Assembly: GCA_038087875.1 (NCBI GenBank)
Contig: CM076000.1
Span: forward strand, 558,001 to 622,000
Length of the DNA stretch: 64,000 nucleotides
Source of the DNA: Malacoraja senta
Lineage: Eukaryota
Direction of reading: 5' to 3'
Shown: positions 37,257-50,766 of the stretch, piece by piece
Numbering within the stretch: the stretch's first letter is position 1
How the letters are laid out: each line of letters begins with the position of its first letter
Program-made: the position numbers and the translations under genes
The notes under the pieces: model-generated
The model's input: the letters and a program-made list of their open reading frames with translations, nothing else
What the model was told of the DNA's origin: nothing
Databases searched by the model: none

Positions 37257-37320
37257 CCTTAACTCCCAGAATCCTTAACTCCCAGAATCCTTAACTCCCA
37301 GAATCCTTAACTCCCAGAAC
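37257..37320. repeat. 16-bp tandem repeat x4 (CCTTAACTCCCAGAAT)
   Basis: Directly visible. Confidence 0.9.
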
Positions 37321-37469
37321 CCCTAACCTGAAAGCAGAAATGTAAAAATGTAAACCCGGGGTTGCACCCAATCAGCTGCTTCCTCTGGTCCTCTTCCACC
37401 AATCAGAGGCTTCCACCAGACTCCTTATCTGGAAGTGAGATGGAACGTTGCAGATTTTGGTTCCAACGG

Positions 37470-39568
37470 CTCCAACGGGTAACTCCTCCTCCTCTCACCA
37501 ACGGCTCCCCGGGTAACTCCTCCTCCTCTCACCAACGGCTCCCCGGGTAACTCCTCCTCCTCGCACCAACCGCTCCCCGGGTAACTCCTCCTCCTTTCAC
37601 CAACGGCTCCCCGGGTAACTGCTCCTCCTCTCACCAACGGCTCCCCGGGTAACTCCTCCTCCTCTCACCAGGGGCTCCCCGGGTAACTCCTCCTCCTCCC
37701 ACCAACGGCTCCCCGGGTAACTCCTCCTCCTCTCACCAACGGCTCCCCGGGTAACTCCTCCTCTCACCAACGGCTCCCCGGGTAACTCCTCCTCTCACCA
37801 AAGGCTCCCTGGGTAACTCCTCCTCTCACCAACGGCTCCCCGGGTAACTCCTCCTCTCACCAACGGCTCCCCGGGTAACTCCTCCTCTCACCAACGGCTC
37901 CCCGGGTAACTCCTCCTCTCACCAACGGCTCCCCGGGTAACTCCTCCTCTCACCAACGGCTCCCCGGGTAACTCCTCTCACCAACGGCTCCCCGGGTAAC
38001 TCCTCCTCCTCTCACCAACGGCTCCCCGGGTAACTCCTCCTCCTCTCACCAACGGCTCCCCGGGTAACTCCTCCTCTCACCAACGGCTCCCCGGGTAACT
38101 CCTCCTCCTCTCACCAACGGCTCCCCGGGTAACTCCTCTCACCAACGGCTCCCCGGGTAACTCCTCCTCCTCTCACCAACGGCTCCCCGGGTAACTCCTC
38201 CTCCTCTCACCAACGGTTCCCCGGGTAAGTCCTCCTCCTCTCACCAACCGCTCCCCGGGTAACTCCTCCTCCTCTCACCAACGGCTCCCCGGGTAACTGC
38301 TCCTCCTCTCACCAACGGCTCCCCGGGTAACTCCTCCTCCTCTCACCAGGGGCTCCCCGGGTAACTCCTCCTCCTCCCACCAACGGCTCCCCGGGTAACT
38401 CCTCCTCCTCTCACCAACGGCTCCCCGGGTAACTCCTCCTCTCACCAACGGCTCCCCGGGTAACTCCTCCTCTCACCAAAGGCTCCCTGGGTAACTCCTC
38501 CTCTCACCAACGGCTCCCCGGGTAACTCCTCCTCTCACCAACGGCTCCCCGGGTAACTCCTCCTCTCACCAACGGCTCCCCGGGTAACTCCTCCTCTCAC
38601 CAACGGCTCCCCGGGTAACTCCTCTCACCAACGGCTCCCCGGGTAACTCCTCTCACCAACGGCTCCCCGGGTAACTCCTCCTCCTCTCACCAACGGCTCC
38701 CCGGGTAACTCCTCCTCCTCTCACCAACGGCTCCCCGGGTAACTCCTCCTCTCACCAACGGCTCCCCGGGTAACTCCTCCTCCTCTCACCAACGGCTCCC
38801 CGGGTAACTCCTCTCACCAACGGCTCCCCGGGTAACTCCTCCTCCTCTCACCAACGGCTCCCCGGGTAACTCCTCCTCTCACCAACGGCTCCCTGGGTAA
38901 CTCCTCCTCTCACCAACAGCTCCCCGGGTAACTCCTCCTCCTCTCACCAACGGCTCCCCGGGTAACTCCTCCTCCTCTCACCAACGGCTCCCCGGGTAAC
39001 TCCCCCTCTCACCAACGGCTCCCCGGGTAACTCCTCCTTTCACCAACGGCTCCCCGGGTAACTCCTCCTCTCACCAACGGCTCCCTGGGTAACTCCTCCT
39101 CCTCTCACCAACGGCTCCCCGGGTAACTCCTCCTCCTCTCACCAACGGCTCCCCGGGTAACTCCTCCTCTCACCAACGGCTCCCAGGGTAACTCCTCCTC
39201 CTCTCACCAACGGCTCCCCGGGTAACTCCTCCTCCTCTCACCAACGGCTCCCCGGGTAACTCCTCCTCTCACCAACGGCTCCCCGGGTAACTCCTCTCAC
39301 CAATGGCTCCCCGGGTAACTCCTCCTCCTCTCACCAACGGCTCCCCGGGTAACTCCTCCTCTCACCAACGGCTCCCCGGGTAACTCCTCCTCTCACCAAC
39401 GGCTCCCCGGGTAACTCCTCCTCTCACCAACGGCTCCCCGGGTAACTCCTCCTCCTCCACCAACGGCTCCCCGGGTAACTCCTCCTCTCACCAACGGCTC
39501 CCCGGGTAACTCCTCCTCTCACCAACGGCTCCCCGGGTAACTCCTCCTCTCACCAACGGCTCCCCGGG
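37470..39568. repeat. Minisatellite of about 2.1 kb, units 28/31/34 bp: CCCCGGGTAAC(TCC)1-3TCTCACCAACGGCT
   Basis: Tandem array directly visible in the CR1 5' region. Confidence 0.97.
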
Positions 39569-40317
39569 CCTCTGTAAAAGCAAGCCCCGCGCTGGATTTT
39601 ATACTCACAGCCCAGGTAACTCCTCCTCTCACCAACTCCTCCTCTCACCAACATATTTTCCTATTACAGATATGGCCTGTGCCTTTCCATAAACCAATAA
39701 ATTGATTGTTGCATTGATTGTTACTTCTGTGTTAAGAAAAGAAAGATGGGCATGTTTGTCAAAAATCATCCACTACTATGTGATAGAATCAAGTGACCTG
39801 TGACCTAATTGTTGTGAACAATTTTTTAACCTGAATTTTTTTTTCTCCCGGTCTCAAACACTGAGCATCAATTATTTGAAATATTTACACTGGGTAGGTA
39901 ATGTAGGATGGTAGGAGTTTTGAGTAATTTCACTCAATTTCAATAACTAGTTGAAGATCTTTTTGAATAGAACCTTGATCGCAAATATGATTTGGTCTGT
40001 GACCTTTGTGGTAATAGGTTGATTATGTTGCCATATGTTATGTGATCTATACATGTGCATCATGCTTTTGCCTAGGTGCCCTTTTCAGTGTCAGGAAATC
40101 CCATATATCCGATTGCTTATATACTGCACCAATCTTGACTTTAAAAGCAATCTTCTGACCCTTTCCAGCTACATGTAACATTAAGTTTCCTCTTTCTAAA
40201 CTTGAAGTAACATTTTGAATACACCATTTCCTATACTGGACAATAAAACATGTACCTTTTTACTTTTGGAACCTTTGTCCAGATTTTTCACTTCAATGAC
40301 TAGGTCAGTGCAGTAGC

Positions 40318-41260
40318 TTGGTGGGCCTCATCAGCCACGATGACGACTCAGCCTACAGAGAGGAGGTACAACAACTCATCAACTGGTGTGACATCAATAA
40401 CCTTCAACTCAATGTCAACAAAACGAAAGAAATAACTGGACTTCAGGAAGAAACAGGCAGCACACACCCCACTCACCATAAATGGCAGTGCAGTGGAGTC
40501 TGTGAAAAGCACCAAGTTCCTGGGAGTACACATCACAGATGATCAGACATGGTCCACCAACACCATCTCCCTAGTCAAGAAAGCACAGCAACGCCTCCAC
40601 TTCCTTCGACGGATGAGGAGAGCCGACCTCCCCCTTCTGCCCTCACAACTTTTTACAGGGGTGCCATTGAGAGCATTCTTACCAGCAGTCTCTCAGTCTG
40701 GTATGGCAGTTGCTCTGCTGCTGACCAGAAGGCCCTACAGAGAGTGGTGAGGACAGCGGAGAAGATCACTAGATCACCCCAACCAGCAATTCAAGACTTA
40801 TATCCATCTCGCTGTCGCAAGAGAGCAACTAACATCATCAAAGACACCACCCACCCAGCACATAAACTGTTCACCCTCCTACCATCCGGCAAGCGCTACC
40901 GCAGCATGCGGAGCAAAACCACAAGATTCAAAAACAGCTTTTTCCCTCAGGCCATCAGACTACTCAACACACTCAAGAAAATTCCATGAACATTACACAA
41001 AGACCAACTGACTGCCAAATTAACTTCATGTCTGCAGTATGCTACTTGCACAGTATGCTATATTGCACCTTTTATTAATGAATATTTTATTTTATATAAT
41101 GTATATGTCCATTGTCTACTTTTATTGGTACACTGTCTGTCTGTTTTATAATATTACTTGCACATTGGAGTATGGAGAAACGCAATTTCAATCCTCTGTG
41201 TAACTACTCGTTACATTATGTGAATTGACAATAAAATTACTATTACTATTACTATTACTA
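40318..41260 (+). mobile_element. Rex1/Babar-type LINE 3' fragment with (TACTAT)n tail
   Basis: NNLQLNVNKTKE, KFLGVHIT, LLPSGKRYRS and RFKNSFFPQAIRLLN. Confidence 0.85.
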
Positions 41261-42159
41261 ACAGGCCACATTGTTTTGGTACTTCAGCAATTTACAAATT
41301 CTTACAGCTTAGAAAATACGAACTCTTCTTTGAAACTGAACATGCAGATCTGCATTCTGCCTGAATAACATGAATATATACTTGTTCAGTCCCTAAAATT
41401 AATAAATTCAATAACAATTTGAATGTCATGACATTTTCAACAAATTCTTAGCAAAAAACACTATTTCCTTTCATTTAAAACCACAGAGAAATAAATATTA
41501 CATATTGGCAATATTTGGTGGATTATTCAAGGTGCAAAGTAAAATTATTGTTTTGCAATTGATCAATGCAATGCTTTTGCATAGAAGTGTTTCCATCATG
41601 CTAAACCGCAATGTAGTATTAGCTGCACATTGCATTCTCAATTTGTTTCCCTTGAAATAGACCAAATGACGAGTTGTGCATTTTACTAGGAAAGAACTGC
41701 AAGATGCTGGTTTAAATCGAAGGTAGACATAAAATGCTGGAGTAACTCAGCAGGCTAGGCAGCATTTCTGGAAAGAAGCAATGGGTGACGCTTCGGGTCG
41801 TGAACCCCCCCCCCCCCCCCCACCAAAAAAAATTGTGCTTGCCTGGTCACTGGCTCTGTATACCATATTACACTGCTGGTTATAGAGTTCAATCCAACAC
41901 CACACTTTGCTTGCAGTTGAGTTGCAATTCCTATCATAATCTTTAGACTTTAGCAACTACTTCCCTGATAATGCTTACTTGTGCATAAGTCCTGATTCTG
42001 TGTGCTGCCTGTACTCTTGTTGGTGGAGCTTTGGTGGCCTCTTACTTGATATCTTCTTTGCAGATCTGGCAAACAGGATATTCAGTGTCTTCGCAAAATA
42101 GTTGTATTTTTACATTCTATTTGTAAACATTAAGTTAATTTGTGCATGAGTATATTTAA

Positions 42160-42465
42160 TTTAGACTTTAGAGACAAAGCGAGGAAACGGGCCCTTCGGC
42201 CCACTGTCTGCGTCGACCAGCGATCACCCCGTACACTAGCACTGTCTTGCACACTAGGGACAATTAACAATTTACAGATCTCAATTAACCTACAAACCTG
42301 TACATCTTTGGAATGTGTGACGAAACTGGAGCACTTGGAGAAAGCCTATGCAGTCACAGGGAGAATGTACAAACACCGTACAGCCAGCACCCATAGTCTG
42401 GATCGAACCCGGGATTCTGGCGCTATAAGGCAACAACTCTAACTGTTGTGCCACTGTGCTGCCCC
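42160..42465 (-). mobile_element. V-SINE (HE1-like)
   Basis: Reverse complement of the head, V-domain and tail seen at 27162. Confidence 0.78.
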
Positions 42466-43023
42466 CACATTTCTTGCCTGATTTTTTTTTTCCTAATGCC
42501 ATCTAGTGGCTGTTCATCGCTAAATGAATTGTTTATGATTTGGAGCCTGTTACATCAGTCGAGAAAATTATATTGTTTTCTCTCCAGCAAAAGCAGATAG
42601 CTCCCACTTGAACAAGTATCAACAAGCACTTCAAAGATGTTTTTTCAAGCAAAATGTAACCAGTCAATCTCAAGGCAGATGATAAAATATTTGTTCAGGG
42701 ATATGGTTTAATGCTCATTTAAGGGAGGAAAATGTTTTGGACAATTGTAGGAGCATTCCAATCAGATCCAGCGCAACCCTGGTTTAGTATTTGAAATTTC
42801 AATCTGGTCCTACCAACCATAAAGCAGCAGTCAAGCAGCAGAACTGGTACAGATGATTCTGTAAGCAGCAATGTGATGAAGAGCCGAAAATGTATTACAC
42901 TAACAAATTATTATTAGTGAGAATAAAAACAAGATGGCATTCTTTGAATAGTATTTGAGATCCTTTGCACCTTCTAAGGAAGAAGACTGGATCTCAGTTT
43001 AAAGGCAGCACCCACATGAGTGC

Positions 43024-43223
43024 NNNNNNNNNNNNNNNNNNNNNNNNNNNNNNNNNNNNNNNNNNNNNNNNNNNNNNNNNNNNNNNNNNNNNNNNNNNNN
43101 NNNNNNNNNNNNNNNNNNNNNNNNNNNNNNNNNNNNNNNNNNNNNNNNNNNNNNNNNNNNNNNNNNNNNNNNNNNNNNNNNNNNNNNNNNNNNNNNNNNN
43201 NNNNNNNNNNNNNNNNNNNNNNN
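43024..43223. other. Assembly gap (200 N)
   Basis: Run of N. Confidence 1.
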
Positions 43224-43729
43224 TAAAAAAAACTTAATAAAACCGATGTCCGAGCGATTATTCTTCAGCAACTAAACAGCCTGACAAAAATCCATTTCAA
43301 CAGGCTGCCAAAAAACGTCATTTTAAACCCGCCCCCCTCTCAAAGGCGCCAAAGTCGCGCACATGGCCAGTGGCAGAACTGCAGCATACTGTAAGTTTTG
43401 TAACATACCTACAGACAGTGGCGAAGTCTCACCATTCATGCAGCCTGACATTCTGGCCGCATGGTTGGCCCGGGTACAACTGCTTTTTCCTCCTGTTGGA
43501 GATAAATTGGCTCCTGCAAATAATCTTTTGAATAGCTTCTATTAGCTGTCTGTCCCGCTGAGTTACTCCAGCATTTTCTGTCTACCTGATGATTTCAAAA
43601 TATTGTACCGTTTCGTTGATATTTATTTGAAAGCAATGTACAAAACATATTGACATTGCCTGTCTCTCTGTAGCTATTGGTTCTGCACCATGCTCCCCTG
43701 ATTGCTACAGCACTGCATGATAATTGATG

Positions 43730-44920
43730 TCCATAAATTATAGGAGCAGAAATAGGCCCTTTGGCCCAAGTATACTCTGCCATTCAATCATGGCTGATGT
43801 CTTTCTCTCTCAATCACTTTCTCCTGCCTTCTCCCCATAACCCTTGACACCCCTACTAATCAAGAATCTATCAATCTCGGCCTTAAAAATATCAATTGAC
43901 AGCCTCCACCGCCTACTGTGGCAATGAATCCACAGATTCACCACCCTCTGACTAAATAATTCCTCCTCCATCTCATTTGTAAAGGTATGTCCTTTTAGTC
44001 TGAGGCTATGGCCTTTCTGCATCCATTCTATCCCAGGCCTTTCACTATTCGGTAAGTTTCAATGAGGTCCCTCATTCTTCTAAACTCCAGCGAGTACAGG
44101 CCCATTGCTGCCAAATGCTCATCATATGTTAACCCAATCATCCCTGGATCATTCTCGTAAACCTCTAGACCCCCTCCAACGCCAGCACATCCTTTCACAG
44201 ATATGGGGCCCAAAACTACGCACTTATAAAGCCTCAATCCTGTTTTTATATTCTAGTTCTTTCTGCTAGCATAGTATTTGCTTTCCTTACTACCGATTCG
44301 ACTTGCAAATTAACCTTTTGGGAATCCTGCACCAGCATTCCCAAGTCCCTTTACACCTCTGATTTCTCAATTCTCTCCCATTTAGAAAATAGTCTACGCC
44401 TTTATTCGTAAAATGCACGACTCCACACTTTGCTATGATGTATTCCATCTGCCACTTCTTTGCCCACTCTCCAAACCTGTCCAAGTCCTTCTGCTGGTCC
44501 CTGCTTTCTCTTCAATACCTGCCACCACCTAACTTTGTATCATCTGCAAACTTGGATACAAAGCCTTCAATCCCCTCATCCAAATCATTAATATATAACG
44601 TGAAGAGTTGCAGACCCTGTGGAACTCTGCAAGTCACTGGCAGCCAACCAGAAAAAGCGCCCTTTATTGCCATTCTCTGTCTTCTGCCATCCAGCCAACC
44701 TGCTATCCATGCTAGTATCTTCCCTCTGGTACCATGGGCTCTCTTCTTTAGTAGCCTCGCATGTGGCACTTTATCAAAGGCGTTCAGAATATCCAGGTAA
44801 ACCACATCCACTGACTACTTTGTCTTTCCTGCAATTTACTTCCTCATATAATTCCAACAGGTTCGTCAGGCAAGATCTCCCTTTCACAAAACCATGCTGA
44901 CTTTGGCCTATTTTATCATG
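43730..44920 (-). mobile_element. Decayed CR1 RT 3' fragment
   Basis: [24 protein letters not shown] and FSQRVVNLW. Confidence 0.85.
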
Positions 44921-45029
44921 AGCTCAGAAACCTCCATCTGGTCAAGGTGACTTATCCACCTTCAGACTTTTCAGCTTCCCAAGCAACTTCAAGTGCCCCT
45001 AGGTTATAAGCTTCACACACCTCTAGGTT

Positions 45030-45390
45030 GTAAGCTGCCCTAGCGAAATATGAGGTGCCGTTCCTCCAAAAGCTGTCCCTAGACCAACTCCGTCCAAGAA
45101 CCCCAACAGTCCATTCAGGTGAGGCAGAGGTTCGCTTGTACCTCCTCTAACCTCATTCACCGAATCCGCTGTTCTAGGGGTGGACTCCTATATATTGGCG
45201 AGACCAAGTGCAGACTGGGCGATTGTTTTGCTGAACACCTTTGCTCAGTCTTCCTGGGCCTATGAGATCTCCTTTAATTCCCCTCCCATTCCCATACTGA
45301 CCTTTCTGTCCTGGCCTCCTCCATTGTCAGAGTGAGGTCAAACACAAAGTGGAGGAACAGCACCTCATATTTTGCTTGGGCAACTTACGA
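45030..45390 (+). mobile_element. Penelope GIY-YIG fragment preceded by a short inverted piece
   Basis: CTSSNLI..IRCSR..LLYIGETKCRLGDCFAEHL...EEQHLIF. Confidence 0.75.
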
Positions 45391-47047
45391 CAGATTGGCA
45401 GATAGGTGGACAATACTGACTATTCATGATCTAGTCCAAATGTCAAAAAAAATGGTTGATGTGGTATAACATTTAAAAGATGTATGGATGGGTACATAGC
45501 TAGGAAATGTTTAAAGGGATATGGGTCAAGCATGGGCAAATGGAACTAGCTTAATTGGGCATTTGGAAAGCATGGACAAATTGTGCTAAAGGACAGTTTT
45601 CATGATGGATTCTTCATGGCAAGCTTGACGAAACACTGTGAATCAGAATAAAGGCAGTCCAGTTAGAATGAAAGGTAAACAGCTGCAACAGATACCAGCC
45701 AGAAAAGAGGTTTGCACACAATTGAGATGGATGTGCATGGAAAATATATTTGGACAGTTACATAGATAGCAAATGTTAAATTACAAATGGGTCAACCTTA
45801 GATGTGCATCATGGAGAGCATGGACAGATTGGGCCGAAATCCTGTTTCTGTACTGTATGACTCTAATCTTGTAACCAAACACTCGTCAGCTACAGGTCCA
45901 CTGCTGATTTTATTTGAACCCTGGCACCTCTGTTAATCCGGACAAAATTACAAGAGTGCACTTGAAATCGCCCCTGGAAGTCTCCTTGAAAATGTGGTGT
46001 CCAGGCCAGGTGAAGCGGCCAATCTACCTCATCGGGACTTCTGCAGCCAATCGGCAGGTCGAATTTGCTCCCAACTGTTTGGCCTCACTCTGACAATGGA
46101 GGAGGCCCAGGACAGATTTGTTCCACAACTGGGCTCTGGAACTCCGGCCCAGCCAAAACTGGCAGATCTTTTCCCATAGCTGACTTCCGCAACTGATCGC
46201 TAGGTACAATTTTCCCCCTGCAGCTGGGGCTCTGGAACTGTGGCCCGGCCAGATCCGGCAGATCCATTCCCGAGTCCGACCGCTGTATCTCGGCCCCTCA
46301 GCCGCCTAGGTGGATCTTTCCAGTACTGTTCTACTCCTCTCGGAGGCCAACCTATGTTGTTCTGGAAAACACATAATCCAGAAAGGTTATTGAACCAAGG
46401 GAGCTGGAAAATCAGTGGTGTACCTGAACTTCATTAGTTACAGTTCTTCTGTTCTATATTATGTTGAGGGGTTGCTGACTAATGATTCCAACGTTTGGCC
46501 CTTTTACATCTCATAATAGAGTGACATATGCTAGCGGACACTGGAGCTCAGCAACATAATTTCAAAGTAGCACTAAAGGTATCCCCCAGATTGTGAGAAA
46601 GGTCAGTTATGAGAGTGGTATTTGAGAATCAATAATTGGTAATTGCCACGCTGTACGTGTCAGGTGAGAAGCATGTCCAAGTTTGAAAAAGTCACTTCCC
46701 TGTTATACTTTGCTAATTTTTCTGCAATCTTGGCTTAGCCACCAGGTTTAACTGGATGAGATGTGAGATCAGGGCTACTTGGGTGGTGTGGGTGGGTACT
46801 AATATTTCAAACGTTTAAATGGTTAAAAGATACTGTTTATTATTACCCATCATCCATTTACAATAAAGGAATAAAGGTATTTTGTTAATGTTTATCAACT
46901 TGTAAACCAATTGCTTTTGTGACTTGTTCCAGCTATAACTTTATTTTGGTTGGAATTTCCCATTGAACAGGAAGCTGATATTGAATTAAATTTGTTGCAT
47001 GAAATAGATTAATTACTTTAAGATATGCTTCAATTTATTTTTTTCAG

Positions 47048-50000
47048 AATTTGTGGAATCAAAAGCTGTTCTATCATTGTGGCATGAATTCGTAAGATCG
47101 AAGTTTACAAAATCACGTATTCCAGCAAAGGTGTGAGCTTAATTTCTAGCCCTACTGAGTCTATGAATTAAATGTATTAATGGATAACCTCTTCAATCTT
47201 TCTTGGCTCATATCATTATCTCACACCACTGCATTTATGCTTGTAGCCTTGCCTGTTCTACATTTTATTTGTCCCCGACATGTTTTGTATTAGGGCCATA
47301 TCTTAATTACAACAGTTTTGTGCCATCTGGTGTTTTAATTGCAGAAGAAAAGGAAAAGTTTGATGTGGATAGAACTCAATTTAGAACATTGAGGTCAGGA
47401 AAGGTCATGGATGGATGGAAGTTATTAAAGCTGAAGTGCTGTTGAATCAAGATGGCGCCTGTCTGCGGCGACATGTTGCAAGCTGCACAACAGAAAATCA
47501 TCAAATATAGTAGTTCTCAGCTTACCTGTCTAAAAGAAACAGCAGAAACCAGCGATGCAACTGACAAGCTGCTAATGCATTTAAACACATTAGCGCTATT
47601 GCGATCTACCGGCAGCAACGGAACTAACTGCTGATTATAAGGGAAATCCCAATCGCATGGGAATCCCCGACCTGGTGGAGGATCACAGGAACAGTAAGAA
47701 CTGTACCTGGAAACACTGGGGAGGCATCCATGGTGGCTGGAAACGTGGCCGGCGGGCAGGACCTGAAGTCAGACTGATGCGCAGGGGACTACGACCCCCT
47801 CTCCCTACCATCCTACTAGCCAATGTACAGTCACTGGAAAATAAAGTGGAGGACTTAAGGTCAAGGCTGCTTTACCAAAGGGAGCTGAGGGAATGCTCTG
47901 TGTTCTGTTTCACAGAGACATGGCTCACCCCCGGCTCCCCAGACTCAGCCGTCCAGCCTGAAGGTTTCTCCATACATCGTATGGACCATATGCAGGCATC
48001 TGGGAAAGGGAGAGGCGGGGGTGTCTGCCTCATGGTCAACTTCGTGGTGCTCAGTTCTGTCTAACTCCTGCTCTCTGCACCTGGAACATCTGGCGGTGAA
48101 GTGCTGTCCCTTCTACCTCCCGAGAGAATTCACCTCCTGACTGCGGTCCACATCTCACCCCAAGCAGACGTCTGTCTATCATTGGAGGAGCTGCACGCCG
48201 TGGTCAACAAGCACCAGACAGCGTACCCTGAAGCATTTACCACCACAGTCTGGGACCATCAAGGATGCCTACCGCTCTATCCCTCGCCCTCATTTCGGGA
48301 AAACCGACCACTGCTTCTTCCTGCATACAGGCAACAACTGAAGAGCGCACCCCCAGAGGTGAGGACTGCACAGAGCTGATCTGGGGAGGCAGAGGAACAA
48401 CTACAGGACTGCTTGGAGGCAGTAGATTGGGCAATGTTCAAGGACTCGGCAACGGACCTGAATGAATACGTCACAATCGTTGCAGACTTCATAAGGAAAT
48501 GTGTGGAGATGGATAAACCAGGAGATCTGCATTTTTCTGAGGACCGAATCCTGGGCATACAGGTCTGGGGACACTTAGGTCTATAAGAAGAGAAGATAGG
48601 ACCTTGACATGGCCATCAAAAAAGCCAAAAGGGACTTCCGCTCAAAGCTGAGAGGATGGAGTGGATGTTCAGCAACTGTGGCAGGGTTTGAATGCCATCG
48701 CCTCCTACAAGGCGAAACCAGGTGGCAGCTCAAGCGGCAACGCAGCATCACTCCCTGACGAGCCAAAAGCGTTCTACACACGCTTTGATACGGAGAACAC
48801 TGATGTGCCTTCCCGAGCCCGCATACGCCCTGATGGTATTACAGTCACAGTCACAGAGGCCGACGTCAGAAGATCCTTCAGGGGGGTGAACCCTCGGAAA
48901 GCGCCTGGACCTGATGGTATACCCGGTTGAGTTCTCAAAACATGTGCAGACCAACTGGCTGGGGTTTTTGCGGACATTTTCAACCTCTCACTAATGAGGT
49001 CTGAGGTTCCCACCTGCTTTAAGAGGGCATCAATAATAGTGGTGCCCAAGAAGAGTAAGGTGACGTGCCTCAATGACTATCGACCAGCACTAACGTCTGG
49101 TGATGAAGTGCTTTGAGAGGTTGGTTATGGTGGATATCAACTCCTACCTCAACAAGAATGTCGACCCACTACAGTTTGCCTACCGTCACAACAGGTCAAC
49201 GGAGGATGCGATCTCTGGCTCTCCACTCCGCACTGGACCACTTGGACAATAAAAACACGCCAGGCTTTTGTTTATAGACTACAGCTCGGCATTCAATACC
49301 ATCATCCCCTCCAAGCTGGTTACCAAGCTCACGGAAGTGGGTCTCTGTGCACCCCTCTGCAATTGGATCCTTGACTTCCTCATCCACACACCATAGTATG
49401 TTTGAATTGGCAGAAATACTTCTTCCTCATTAACAATTAGTACAGGTGCACCTCAAGGCTGCGTGCTCAGACCCCTGCTCTACTCACTCTATATTCATGA
49501 ATGTAGCCGGACATAGTGCGAACTCCATCGTCAAGTTCGCCGTCGACACCACCGTTGTAAGGCGAATTACAGATGGTGATGAGTAAGAGTATAGAAGTGA
49601 GATCGACCGATTGACCAAATGGTGCCAGCAATGAACTGATTGTGGACTTTGGAAGAGGAAGGATGAGAACCCACAATCTTGGGTGGAGAGAGTCAAACAC
49701 TTCAAATTTCTGGGCGTGCATATTTCCGCAAGATCTCTTTCCTGGACCCAGCACACTGATGCAATTATAAATATAGCACATTAACGCCCCTACTTCCTGA
49801 AAGAAGATTACGGAGATTCGGTGTGTCAGAGAGGATGCTCTTGAACTTCTACAGGTGTACAAAAGAGAACATATTGACTTGTTGCATCATGGCCTAGTTC
49901 GGCAACTTGAACGTCCAGGAGCGGAAAAGACTGCAAAAGTTGTGAACACTGCCCAGTCCATCACCGGCTCTGACCTCCCCACCATCGAAGGGATTTATTG

Positions 50001-50728
50001 GAGTCGTTGCCTCAAAAGGCAGCTAACATCATCAGAGACCCTCACCATTCTCGCCACACACTCATCTCACCATTGTCAAGTCAAGAGAGTTTATTGTCAT
50101 GTGTCCCAGATAGGACAATGAAATTCTTGCTTGCTGCAGCACGACAGAATATTTTAGGCATAAATACAGATCAGATCAGTGTGACCATATACCATAGAAT
50201 ATATATGTGCACAGATAAAGTGCAATAGGCTGTTATAGCTCATAGTTTGTTTGAAGTTGTGTTTAATAGTCTGATGGCTGTGGGGAAGCAGCTGCTCCTC
50301 AACCTGGATGTTGGAGATTTCAGGCTCCTGTACCTTCTACCTGATGGCAGCGGAGAGATGAGTGTGTGGCCAGGATGCTGTGAGTCCCTGATGATGCTGG
50401 CAGCCTTTTTGAGGCAGCGCCTGCGATAGATCCCCTCGATGGTAGGGAGGTCAGAGCCGATGATGGACTGGGCAGTGTTTACAACTTTTTGCAGCCTTTT
50501 CCGCTCCTGGACGCTCGGGTTGCTGTACCAAGCCACGATGCAACCGGTCGGCATGCTCTCTACTACCATCACGAAGAAGGTACAGGAGCCTGAAAACTAA
50601 TGTCCATGTTCAGGAACAGCTTCTTCCCTACAGCCATGGGGCTATTAAACACAGCGACTTCAAATAAGCTCTGAACTACAATAGACATTATTATTATTAT
50701 TATTATTGCACTATTGTTTGTTTTATTG

Positions 50729-50766
<38 letters not shown>

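Larger units (their letters stand above)
33190..39651 (-). mobile_element. Near full-length CR1 LINE (ORF1 zinc finger/leucine zipper + SGNH esterase; ORF2 APE-RT)
   Basis: ORF1 36261-37178 (CSAC..CRKC, GDSIVR, HIGTND, DGLH); ORF2 pieces 35091-36173, 33803-34978 and 33289-33915; (TTTCTATG)n tail at 33190. 5' boundary is approximate. Confidence 0.93.

Noticed and set aside
37470..39568. CRISPR-like regular repeat array
   Set aside because: Pure tandem units with no unique spacers, no cas genes, and a vertebrate context.
42965..43271. ORFs across the N run
   Set aside because: Assembly-gap artefacts.
43363..43390. ATG...T|GTAAGT as the missing MRPL30 start exon
   Set aside because: Splicing to 47048 creates TAA at the junction, and the sequence looks repeat-derived.
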